Source: Heptranchias perlo (lineage: Eukaryota). Taken from it: DNA of 64,000 nucleotides. Positions 48,471 through 60,689 of this stretch are shown here, one piece after another (within the stretch, counting starts at the first letter, position 1; every line of letters begins with the position of its first letter). Where the stretch lies: the NCBI RefSeq assembly GCF_035084215.1, contig NW_027139581.1, positions 1,116,001 to 1,180,000 on the forward strand, written 5' to 3'. The notes below the pieces were generated by a model. That model saw nothing but the letters and a program-made list of their open reading frames with translations. It was not told the DNA's origin and searched no databases. The position numbers and the translations under genes are program-made.

Positions 48471-50559
48471 ACCAATATAAATATAGATATATATATTTGC
48501 GAGGGTGGGAGCAGACAATAATTTTTGGTTGGACGCATACGTTTATTCTTGTTAATAGCTATCAGCAGCTGCGTGCAATTTGTTATTTATCTCCTATAAT
48601 GTCGTAATATTCGCGTTGAAAGGCTGGGGATGAATCTTGCAACAATCTTCCAGAGACGATTGGGGATTGAGGGGGACTATAGAGGAGGAACAGCGCTATT
48701 AGTGGTAAAATCTGTTGTGTGAAAGTTTACTAATGCACACTTGTATTGTGCTGTGCCAATTGATCGCAGTTGTTTTTATGTTAAGGATCTTTTTCCTGCA
48801 GTATTTTCTAAATAGCTAACACTGATTCTGTTCGGCAGAGCCCGGAACTGTGCACTCACAGCACCGCCGTTTGGGCTGCTGCAGGGTCCTAAATCCCTCA
48901 AATTGCTCTAACTCTCATCTGGTTAAGAGGAACAACTGAAAAGAGCACAATCGAAGTGTTTGCTTTTTGTATATGTGTGTGTGTGTACAACAAATATCAT
49001 TCTTAATGGTTACAAGTACATTCCACATGGATAAATTATTATCTTCACCAATTATTTTCAGCATTTTATTTTCTGTTATTAAAAAATGTCATTGCAGATC
49101 GTTTATATCTTTAACATGTATTTATAACTCTTCTTCAGAAACCGATGTCATGCTGACCATTCTGTTACCAAGGCAAGCTTGTCCCAAGTATTCTGTTGGA
49201 AAAGTGATGAGATCACACAATGAATAGCTAAACATATGCTAGAATCATATAATGTGCGACACTGAAGGCCGCCGTTTGGCAATAGCGGCGCTTCCTCTTC
49301 AAATGTGCCTTCGGATCTCATGTTCCTGCGATTTCCGGTGTATTTTTGATATTTTTCCTCTCAAATACTTAACCAATTCCCTTGTAATTAGGATATAGGT
49401 TCACCTTCAATCTTCGAGATGGTTAAAACAATCCAGGGACCTTCTGCATGAAAAGAAATCTCCCAGCGCATCCTCCTGCTCTCCTCGTGATAACACTGAT
49501 TCCATGCCGCGTGAATGGCCAACCAGTGGAAGCAATCTTTTATTATTTACCCTTTGTGCTCTATGATTCTCGGATGATCTCTCAACTGTGTTGCTGTTTG
49601 GAATATACTATCTTTCAATATTTTTTCCCAAAAATGTGTTACTTCACATTTCCTTGCATTCAACAGCATTTGTCACCTCTCTCCTCTTTCTACTAACCGG
49701 CCGATGTCCTGTAATCTTCTGAATTATTTTCATAGCTTTGGGATTATAATTTGGAACCATCAGCAAACTGTGATCGCATTCGTCTTTTGTCTATATCCAA
49801 ACCATTTGTGTAAATGTCAATAAAAACAGAAAAACAAAATGGGCCCGAGCACAGATCCCTACAGTCTGCCTCTGACCACATCCTGTGAATGCAAAAACAA
49901 AATCCAGTTACCCCTACACTTTCACTTCAGCCCCTCAGCCACCGCTCTGTCCAGATAGCCACATTCCCTTTACTACCATGTGCCTTGCTTTTTGCAACAA
50001 GTCTCTTATTTGACACCTGAGGAAACGTCTCCTGAAAATCCATAGATAATAAACAGGCCCTTTCTCTTCATCTATGCTTCAGATGAAATCCTCAAGCACA
50101 ACCTGTACTTGATAGATCCACGCTGTCTGTCCCTGATCAGTCCTCGCCTTTCTAAGTGTTCATTAATATCTTCCCGTATAATGGACTGCAGCGGTGAAAT
50201 GTTCCTCTTTCATGATCCAGGGATAGAGTATTCACTGGGGACGGTGCATTGAGGGAACTCAACGCCTGCTACCATGGAGTCTCTCTGGTTTATTGTCAAG
50301 TGATCATCTCAGCATCACACAAAAGTTCCTGATATAAACCTGGAGTGTGTGATGATTTGTGCAAGTGATGGTAAAAATGAAAGTAAGATTAATAAGTGTG
50401 TAATTCCCTAACTTAATTATTTCCGTTGATGGGAGGGGAATGCAACACTTGCTACTCTCCAGCGACTTTCGGACTATTTCTGTTTCCACAGTCTTTTTTT
50501 GACCATTACCTCCACTATTTCCCTCGCAACCTCTTCCAATTTTTTGGATGCGTAACTAC

Positions 50560-51400
50560 AAGGGCCTGCTGAACCGTGGCAGACGAAATTCAACGCAGAA
50601 AGGTGTGAAGTGATACATTTCTGTGGGAAGAACTAGGAGAAGCAATATAAAGTAAAGGGCACAATTCTAAAAGGAGTGCAGGAACAGAGAGATATGGGGG
50701 TGCACAAATCGTTGAAGGTAGCAGGGCAGGTTGAGAAAGCAGGTTGATAAAGCATAGGGGATCGTGGTCTCTATAAATAGAGGCATGGAGTACATAGGCA
50801 AGGAGGTTGTGATGAACCTTTATAAAACACTGGTTGGACCACAACTGGAATATTGGGTCCAGTTCTGGGCACTGAACTTTAGGAAGGATGTGAAGGCCTT
50901 AGAGAGGGTGCAGAAAATATTTACTAGAATGATTCCAGGGATGAGGGACTTTAGTTACCTGCATAGACTGGAAAAGCTGAGGATGTGCTCCTTAGAGCAG
51001 AGATGGTTTAGAGGAGATTTGATAAAGGTATTCAGAATCTTGAAGGCTCTGGAGAGAGTAGATGGAGAGAAACTGTTCCCATTGGCGGAGCGGTCAAGAA
51101 TCAGAGTACAAAGATTTAAGGCGATTGGCAAAAGAACCAAAGGCGAGATGAGAAAAAACTTTTTTTGACACAGCGAGTGGTTGTGATCTGGAATGCACTG
51201 CCAGAGGGGGTGGTGGAGGCAGATTCAATCATGGCCTTCAAAAGGGAACTGGATAAGTACTTGAAGGGAAAAACATTTCGGGGCTACGGGCATATGGCAG
51301 GGGTGTGGGACTCGCTGGATTGCTCTTATAGACAGCCGGCACGGAATCGACGGGTCGAATGGCCTCCTTCCGTGCTGTAATCTTTCTATGATTCCATGAT
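50560..51400 (+). mobile_element. CR1 LINE 3' fragment
   Basis: LYKTLVGPQLEYWVQFWA...RGDLIKVFRIL motif and a TTCTATGA tail. Confidence 0.88.
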
Positions 51401-52699
51401 TATGAACGTAGATATTGCCTTCACTAATTTGCCCTATAACTTGTAGAAATGGACCAAAAACAATTGTTGTTTGAATTCGTTGAGAGATTTGCATTTCTCT
51501 CTCTCTCTTTATTCTGGGTTGTGTTGGGGGAACATGTGTTGCTGATTTTCGGTGCTCAATACTCTAATCTGGGACTTCTATTTCTGTGATTATTTACATA
51601 AGCGCCTTTGGTTTCGGTGAAATGTTCACGGCAGCAAACCCAGATCATCAAAGTCAGTTATTGATTTGTTTGAACTCACAAATAGGTTTTATTTTCAGAA
51701 TATTGACAGTTTGGTCCAAAGAAATAGAAATGTCTCGAACAGTGGCATCAGTGGGTGTTTTGTTCAATTAGAACAGATGTTATTTGTATCAAAGGGGAAC
51801 ACGATTAAAATTAAGAACCCAGTTCGGCTGCAGAAATCAATAGAACATTCCTAAAGAGGCTGGTGTTCCTCTGGATGTCAACTTTGTGGAACATTTAACC
51901 CATGTAAAGTTAACAGGTTAAAGCAATGACCAGAGCAATGTTCTACAGACGCATTAATCTCTGAGCTTTTAACATATCGCAACTTGCATTTTCAAATGTT
52001 GACATTTAAAAAGAAAGACTTGCATTTATATAGCGCCTTTCATGACCTCCGGACGTCCCAAAGGGCTTTGCAGCCCATGAAGTACTTCTGAAGTGTGGTC
52101 ACTGTTGAATGTCGGAAATACGGCAGCCAATTTGCGCACAGCAAGATCCCACAAACAGCAATGAGATAATGAATACTGAACGAGAGGGATAGAGGGAGCA
52201 ATAGAGAGAATGGGAGAGAGTGAGAAACGGAAGAAGTGGGAGAGACAGAAGGAAACAGACAGAGAGAGGGAGAGACAGGGAAAAACAGAGATGGAGAGAG
52301 AGAGAGACAGGGGGAGACAGAAAAGGGAGATAGGGGCAACAGTGAGAGAGAGAAAGAATGAGAAAGGTAGGTGGAAACAGAAAGGCAGAGGAAGAGATGG
52401 GGAAACAGTTAGGGAGAGAGCAAGATGGAGAAAGATACAGCAGCCAATTTTTGAACAGTAAGATCCCACATGGAGCAATGAGATAAATGACCAGATGATC
52501 TGTTTCAGTGATGTTGATTTAGTGATAAACATTGGAGCAGGAGAAACCCCCTGCTCTTCTTCAAAATAGTATCATGGGATTTTTCACGTCCACCTGGGAG
52601 GACAGACAGTGCCTCAATTTATCGTCTCATCCAAAAGAATGCACTTCCGACAGTGCAGCACTCCTCCGGTACTGCACTGGATTGTCATCCAATATTGGG

Positions 52700-53470
52700 C
52701 TCAATTTTCTGCCTTTGGCCCATATCCCTGAACACCTTTGGTTGCCAAAAAGCTATCTATCTCAGATTTAAACTTAGCAATTGAGCTGAGATAGATTTGT
52801 CTTACACTGACCCGTTTCCTCAACTACTTCTTACAACATTCTAACCACTCTTTGAGTAAAGAAGTTTCCCCTGAATTCCCTATTGGATTTATTAGTGACT
52901 ATCTTATATGTATGGTCCCTTGTTCTGGACTCCCCCGCAAGTGGAATCATCTTCTCCATATCTACCCTATCAAACCCTCTCATAATCTTAAAGACCTCTG
53001 TCAGGTGACCCCTCAGTCTTCTCTATTTTACAGAAGAGAGCCTCAGCCTGTTCAATTTTTCCTGAGGTTCAACCTCTCGATTGTGGTATGAGCCTAGTGA
53101 ATCTTTTCTGCACCTTCTCCAGTGCCCCATAGCCTTTTTATAATATGGAGATCAGAACTGTTCATAGGACTCCAAGTGTGGTCTAACCAAGGTTCTATAC
53201 AAGTTTAACATAAATTTTCTGCATTCCAAATCTACTCCTCTAGAAATGAACCCCAGTGCTTGGTTTGCTTTTTTATGGCCTTAATAACCTGCATCACTAC
53301 TTTTAGTGATTTGTGTATCTTTACCCCCAGGTCCCTCTGCTCCTCTCCCCCATTTAGATTCTTATTTGCCAAGGAGTATGTGACCTCCTTATTCTTCCGA
53401 TCTAAATGTACCACCTCACATTTCTCTCTATTGAAATTTATTTGCCAATTACTCGCCCATTCTGCAGGTT
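52700..53470 (-). mobile_element. CR1 LINE 3' fragment
   Basis: WQINFNREKCEVVH...EQRDLGV motif. Confidence 0.8.
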
Positions 53471-54261
53471 CCTGTTTTATGTCGCAGGAGTGCTGTCCTA
53501 TCGGAGGGGCAGTCCGGATGGAGTGCTGCACTGTCGGAGGTGCCGTGTTTCTGATAAGAGTTTACCCAGGTGGGTGTAAAAGATTCCCCGGGACGATTGG
53601 AGGAAGAGATGGGAAGTTCTCCCTTGTGTCCTGGGCCCAATATTTATCCTTCCACTGCAACAGATTATCTGGTCATTTATCTCATTGCTGTTTGTGGATC
53701 CTTGCTGTGCGCAAATGACTGCCGCCTTTCCTACATAACAACAGTTCAAAGGTACTTCTTTGTCTGCAACGCGCTTTGGGCCATCCTGAGGTCGTGACAG
53801 GCGCGATTTTACATGCAAGTCTTTATTATGGTTTGAATGAGTTCAAACAGCCTGCATCGAGGCCATCAAAGGGCTCAGATGTTGCATTTCGACATCTATG
53901 TGGGAGAAACATAAATTAAAGAGAAAAAGACGGAAAGACACACGCACATATGTGCTACAGACACTCCTCTCTCTCCCTTAGTGGCAATTTTACATTGGCC
54001 ATTTCCGGTCACCGAGTACCTAACTGGAGGAAATTGTCTTTTTCCTAATCACCTTTTCAATGCAATTCATAATTTTAAAGCTTTTGTTAAATTTCCGTTT
54101 AGGCTTATCTTCTGCAGTGGAAATAGTTGCAGATTCTAATGTATCTCCTCACACGATAGCGTGCCGTGCCTGGTATCATCCTGGTGAATCTACACTGTAT
54201 ATTCTGTATGGCTTTGGTGTCCTTTTTACAATGGGACTCCCAAAACGATGAAATAAAAACA

Positions 54262-54437
54262 GAAAATGCTGGAAATACTCAGGAGGCCAGGCAGCATCCG
54301 TGGAGAAAGAAACAGAGATAACGTTTCAGGTAGATAGACTTCTTCCAGTTCTGACAAAAGGTTGTCGACCTGAAACGTTAACTCTGTTTCTCTCTCCACA
54401 GATGCTGCCTGACCTGCTGAGTATTTCCAGCATTTTC
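54262..54437. repeat. Palindromic (hairpin) interspersed element with about 72-bp arms
   Basis: GAAAATGCTGGAAATACTCAG...AACGTTTCAGGT is mirrored by ACCTGAAACGTT...CTGAGTATTTCCAGCATTTTC. Confidence 0.8.
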
Positions 54438-55261
54438 CGTTCATATTTCAGATTTCCAGCATTCGCAGAATTTTACTTTTGATTTCGCCCAAAACTATGA
54501 GATGTTTATTGTCCACCCGAACCACCAGAACAGGTACATAGGATGCCAGTTTAATGGGCTATTCGAGTAACCGCACCTCCGTCTATGCAGCTTTTATAAT
54601 GAGTGCTCTAAGTTCTAGGTCAGAAAGTTGACATCAGCCCAGAACCTCTGATGCGGAGATCATAGTGGTAACTACTGATGGTCACACAAAGAGCCAAACT
54701 CAAGTTACTTTATTTTTGTCGGTATCATAGAATCTGCCAATTTACAGCAGGGAGGCAGGTCCTGTTTGGTGCTACTGGCTGTTCACCTGGAATTGTTTAC
54801 TGCAATCCCATTTTTCTGCCCTTTCCCTATATCATTTTTATAGCCTCCATTTTTAAAAGCCTCTCAATTTCTGTGTGGCCATTCCCGTGCCTCCCTAACT
54901 GTTTCTCAATGTATTCATGTATCTCCTTTACCCATCACTATTTCTGTGTCACCTCTGTCTTTCGTTCTTTCTATCCATCCATTTCTTTCTTTCTGTCTTT
55001 CTTTCTTTAATTGGTGTTTTATTCTCGACTCAGTATCCACTCTTGGCAAAGCGTTTTACTTTATGATTAACCTTCTTTACCAACAGATTTTTTTCTGTCC
55101 CCTGTTCTTCCAGTGATAATCTTCAGCCGATCTCCCCTTTCACTGAATGTGTTAAAACCAAGTTCATATTTTATTCTTTAAACTGAAATGGAGGTAAATA
55201 CAGTTTTGAACTATAATGGAGATATTCCGGTTATCGAGCTGTTCGGGTCAGCCCGCCCACA

Positions 55262-55570
55262 GAGACAGGAAGTCTGTTCAGGTTGAAAACATAAAGCTGC
55301 TGCCTTTGATTTCATTCTGAGTCAACACACTTCCTGTTTTTCTGCTGCCTGCTCGAAACCACACATCTCACTTCTGAGCAAAAAATAAATACAGGAGCCA
55401 TAATCTGATGGCAACATCTTACAGCGCGGTCTAAATATGGCCGCAGGGTCGGTGCAGAAGGACAGAGATAAGCATTGCGGTGATATTTGCAAATGAGCCA
55501 TTCTCTGTTCGAGTCTCCATTGAGGACATGACTGGCGGTATCTTTGGAAACAGTCACTCAGCTTCCTCTG
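55262..55570. promoter_or_regulatory. Candidate lymphoid/B-cell enhancer (AICE, ETS x2, RUNX x2, GATA, octamer-like, PU.1 core)
   Basis: Motif cluster read directly from the sequence (details in findings). There are no functional data. Confidence 0.45.
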
Positions 55571-57453
55571 GTATCTGAAGCAGTGACCTGATGGTTCGCT
55601 GCCTTTCATTTCATGTCTTTCTCTCTATTACTTATTTCTCTATTCCTCAGCTTTTTTCGCTCTCGCTCCCTCCTGACTCTTTCTATTTTTAAGTCCCTTT
55701 CTCCCTCTTTTTCTCTTTCTTAGTTTTTCCTTCTCTGTTTGTCCCTCGTTCTCCCTGTATTTCTCTCCATCTCAGTGTATCGATTCCTTTGTCTCCCGAA
55801 CTGTTTCTCTCTGTATTTATATCTCGCCTTGTCCCATCACCATTTCTGTGTCTACCACTGTCTTTCATTATTTCACTCTCTCTCTGTTTCTGTCACTATT
55901 TCATTCTTTCTTTCTTGTATCTTTTTGCCTCTGTCGTATTTTTTTCTATCCTTCTCTCCCTAACGCTCTCAGTATCTCTCTGTCCTTGTTGCTGTATAAT
56001 AAACTGAGGCCCGTCTGCCCTCTCAAGTGGACATAAAGATTTCCGCGGCATATTTAGGGAGGTTCTCTCGCTGTCCTTTCCAACAGATACAAAAAGTAAT
56101 CACAAAGGTTATTGGAAAGTTGGCTTTTATCTCAAGGGGACTGGAATTCAAGGGGGTGGAAGTTATGTTCCAGCTGTACAGAGCTCAGGTTATACCCCAT
56201 CGGTGGTACTGCATTCAGATCTGGGCACTGCAACTCAGGAAGGATATATTGGCCTTGGAGCGGGTGCAGCGCAGATTCACCAGAATGATACTTTTTCCCA
56301 TTCCTGGGATGTGGGCATTTATTGCCCATCGCCAGTGGGTGCGGGGCGGGGGGTCTTCTTCTTGAACCGCTGCAGTCCTATTCGTTCTTGCTGTCTGATA
56401 CAACTAAGTGGCTCGCTCGGCACTTGACAAGGCAGTTAAGAGTCCACCAGGTTGCTGTGGGATTGGAGTTGCATTTGGCCAGACCGGTAAAGGGCGGCAG
56501 ATTCCCTTCCCTAAAGGCCTTCAGGGAACCAGTTGGGTTTTTACAACAATCCGATAGCTTCATGGTTACTTTTACTGAGATCAGATTTTCATTTAGTGTT
56601 TAAACAACTGAATTCAAATTCTCAATCTCTCATATTTGAACTGATGTTCTCTGAATTAATCGTCCAGCCCTCTGTATTACCAGTCCAGGAACATAATCAC
56701 CACACTACCGTGCCCCTAATTATTACACTGCACCCTCTTTCTGCTGTTGTAACGCAACCATGCCTTCATTATTGTTGTTATTTTTATTATTTTTATTATT
56801 ATTATTCGAATAGATTCTGTCTCTCCTTCATTACACTGGACCCTGGCCTCTGTTATTACTATGATATCAAAACCCTCTGCCCTTGTATTTCAGTGGTTCT
56901 TTGTTGTTGTAACAGTAAACCCTCCCTCTGCTCTTATTGCACTAGACCCTGTTCTGTTTTGTTACACTAGACCCTGGGGTAGATTTTAGTTGTCATGGCC
57001 TGGAACTAAAGTCAGGCGGGTTCTCCAAAGGCCGTGCGATCCATTCAGCAGATTAGCTCCCAGGTAGTGATGACGGAAGTCTTCCCCAATCTCTGCTATC
57101 GTTACACTAAACATCCTGTCTGTTAAACCAGAGGATGAGTTTGTGAATTTTATCGGAGAACAATGCATCTGTTATTGTTACTGTCGACAATTCTTACACC
57201 AGACCTCCCTTTGTTGTGGTTACACTAAAAACCCTGGGAGTAATTTTCACCTTCATCGCCTGGATAGTAATTCATTTCCTGTGAACAAACACCATAATCT
57301 GTTTAATCTCTGTTCATATTACACTAAGCTCTGCCTCAATTATTAATGCACTAGACCATGTCTCTGTTTATACTGCACCAGGCCCTGCCTCAGATATTAC
57401 TGCACTCGACCCGGTGTCTTTTTATATTACACTGCACCCTGTCTCAGTTATTA

Positions 57454-58430
57454 CTGCCCAACCATCTTCAGCAGCTTCATCAATGACCTTCCCTCCATCG
57501 CAAGGTCAGAAATGAGAATATTCGCTGATGATTGCACAGTGTTCAGTTCCATTCGCAACTCCTCAGGGAATGAAGCACTCCTTTCCCGCATGCAGCAAGA
57601 CCTGGACAACATCCAGGCTTGGGCTGATAACTGGCAATTAGCATTCGCGCCAGACAAGTGTCAGGCAATGACCATCTTCAACAAGAGAGAGTCTAACCGC
57701 CTCCACTTGACATTCAACGACATTACCATTCGGTGGCCGAATCCCCCACCATCAACATCCTGGGGGTCACCATTGACCAGAAACTTAACTGGACCAGCCG
57801 CATAAATACTGTGGCTACAAGAGCAGGTCAGAGGCTGGGTATTCTGCGGCGAGTGACTCATCTCCTGACTCCCCAAAGCCTTTCCACTATCTGCAAGGCA
57901 CAAGTCAGGAGTATGATGGAATACTCTCCACTTGCCTGTATGAGTGCAGCTCCAACAACACTTAAGAAGATCGACACCATCAAGGACAAAGCAGCCCGCT
58001 TGATTGGCACCTCATCCACCTCCCTAAACATTCACTCCCTTCACCACCGGCGCACAGTGGCTGCAGTGTGTACCATCCACAGGATGCACTGCAGCAACTC
58101 GCCAAGGCTTCTTCGACAGCTCCTCCCAAACCCGCGACCTCTACCACCTAGAAGGACAAGGGCAGCAGGCACATGGGAACAACACCACCTGCACGTTCCC
58201 CTCCAAGTCACACACCATCCCGACTTGGAAATATATCGCCGTTCCTTCATCGTCGCTGGGTCAAAATCCTGGAACTCCCTTCTTAACAGCACTGTGGGAG
58301 TACCTTCACCACACGGACTGCAGCGGTTCAAGAAGGCGGCTCACCACCACCTTCTCAAGGGCAATAAGGGATGGGTAATAAATGCTGGGCGAGCCAGCGA
58401 AGCCCGCATCCCATAAACGAATAAAAGGAA
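57454..58430 (+). mobile_element. CR1-clade LINE RT C-terminus and 3' end
   Basis: IFADDCTVF, QQDLDNIQAWADNWQ, ILGVTIDQKLNW and QVRSMMEYSP motifs. Confidence 0.88.
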
Positions 58431-59061
58431 AGACAAGGTGTCTGTTTATATTACACTGCACCCTGCCTCATTTATTATTGCACTCGACCAGGTGTCTGTT
58501 GAAATTACACTGCATCCTGCCTCAATTCTTACTGCATTAGACCAGGTGTCTATTTTTATTACACTACAGCCTGCCTCAGTTATTCCTGCACTGGACCCTG
58601 ACTCTGTTTATATTACACTGCATCCTGCCTCAATTCTTACTGCATTCGACCAGGTGTCTGTTTATATTACACGACAGCCTGCCTCAGTTATTCCTGCACT
58701 AGACCCTGTTTCTGTTTATATTACACTGCATCCTGCCTCAATTCTTACTGCATTAGACCAGGTGTCTGTTCATATTACACGACACCCTGCCTCAGTTATT
58801 CCTGTACTAGACCCTGACTCTGTTTGTATTACACTGCATCCTGCCTCAATTCTTACTGCATTAGACCAGGTGTCTGTTTATATTACACTACACCCTGCCT
58901 CAGTTATTCCTGCACTAGACCCTGACTCTGTTTGTATTACACTGCATCCTGCCTCAATTCTTACTGCATTAGACCAGGTGTCTGTTCATATTACACTACA
59001 CCCTGCCTCAGTTATACCTGCACGAGACCCTGTTTCTGTTTATATTGCACCAGACCATGTA

Positions 59062-60040
59062 TCATAGTATCATAGTACCATAGCAAGTACAGCAAAGGAC
59101 GCCATTCGGCCCATTGTGCCTGCGCCGGCGCTTTGAAAGAGCTATCCAATGATCCCATTTCCCAGCTCTTTCGACATAGCCCAGTAATTTATTTCCCTTC
59201 AAGTATTTATCGAATTCCCTTTTGAAAGTTAATATTCAATCTACTTCCACCACCCTTTCAGGCAGCGCATTCCAGATATGTAACAACTCGCTGTGTCAAA
59301 AAATGATTCCTCATGGCGCTTCTGGCTCTTCTACTGATCACCTTAAATCTGTATCCTCTGGTTACCGACCTTTCTGCCATTGGAAAGAGTTTCTCCTTAT
59401 TTACTCTATCAGAACCGTTCATGATTTTGAACACATCTATCAAATCTCTTCTTAACCTTCTCTCTTATAAGGAGAACAACCCCAGCTTCTTCAATCTCTT
59501 CACATAACTGAAGTCCCTCACCCCTGGCACCATTCTAGTAAATCTCTTCTGAACCCTCTCTAAGACCTTGACATCCTTCCTTCAGTGTGGTGCCAAGAAT
59601 TGAACGCAACACTCCAGCTGCGGCTTAACGAGTGTTTTATAAAGGTTTAGCATAACTTTCTTATTTTTGTACTCTCAGCCTCTATTAAAAAAGCCGAGGG
59701 CCCCATATGCTTTTTAAAAGCCTTTTCAACTTGTTCTGCCACCTGCGAAGATTTGTGTGCATACACCCTCGGTTTTGTCTGTTCATGTACCCCCTTTAAA
59801 ATTGTATCATTTCGTTCATATTTCTTCTCCTCATTCTGCCTACCAAAATGTATCACATCACACTTCTCGACGTTAAATTTCATCTGCCATGTGTCTGCCC
59901 ATTTCACCAGTGTGTCCTTGTCCTCCTGAAGTCTGTTACGACCCTCCGCATTGTTTACTACATTTCCGAGTTTCGTGACATCAGCAAACTTTGAAATAAT
60001 ACCCTCTACACCCAAGCTTAGGTCATTAATATATTACAAA
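59062..60040 (-). mobile_element. CR1 LINE 3' fragment
   Basis: ISKFADVTKL and WADTWQMKFNVEKC motifs; CATAGTAT tail. Confidence 0.88.
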
Positions 60041-60689
60041 AAGTAGTTTGATGTCTCAGTTATTAATGCAATAGACCATGTCTCTGTTTAAATTACACTG
60101 GGCACTGTCTCAGTTATTATTGCAAGAGGCCATGTCTCAATTTATGTTACATTTCCCCCTGTCTCAGTTATTACAGCACAAGATCATGTCTCTGATTATA
60201 TTATACTGGACCCAATCTCAATTATTACTTCACTGGACATATGTCTCAGCCATTGCTTCAGTAGACCACGGCTCAGTTAATACTCCACTAGGCCATGACT
60301 CTGTTTATATTACACTAGGCGCTGTCTCAGTTATTACTGCACTCGACCATGTTCTGTTGATAATACACTACATCTTGGCTCAGTTTTTACTGCACTAATC
60401 CACGTCTCTGTTTATATTACACTGGACCATGCCTCAGTTAGTACTGCAATAAACCATGTCTCTTTTTATAATACACCTGACGATGTCTCAGTTATTACCT
60501 CAATAGACCATGTGTCATTTTATATCACACTAGATCCTGTCTCAGTTATTACGGCATTAGGCCAAGTATCTGGTTATATTACACGAGACCATGTCTCTGT
60601 TTACATTATACTAGGCCCTCGCTCAGTTATTTCTGCACTAGTACATGGCTCGGGTAAGAAAAAAATGGTAATAAGACAAGTATGGCTAG

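Noticed and set aside
55422-55500. Possible second leader exon (MAHLQISPQ...|gtaag) on the minus strand, perhaps spliced to an exon-like stretch at about 47990-48120
   Set aside because: It is not a convincing signal peptide, no V exon or RSS follows, and the product is unrecognisable.
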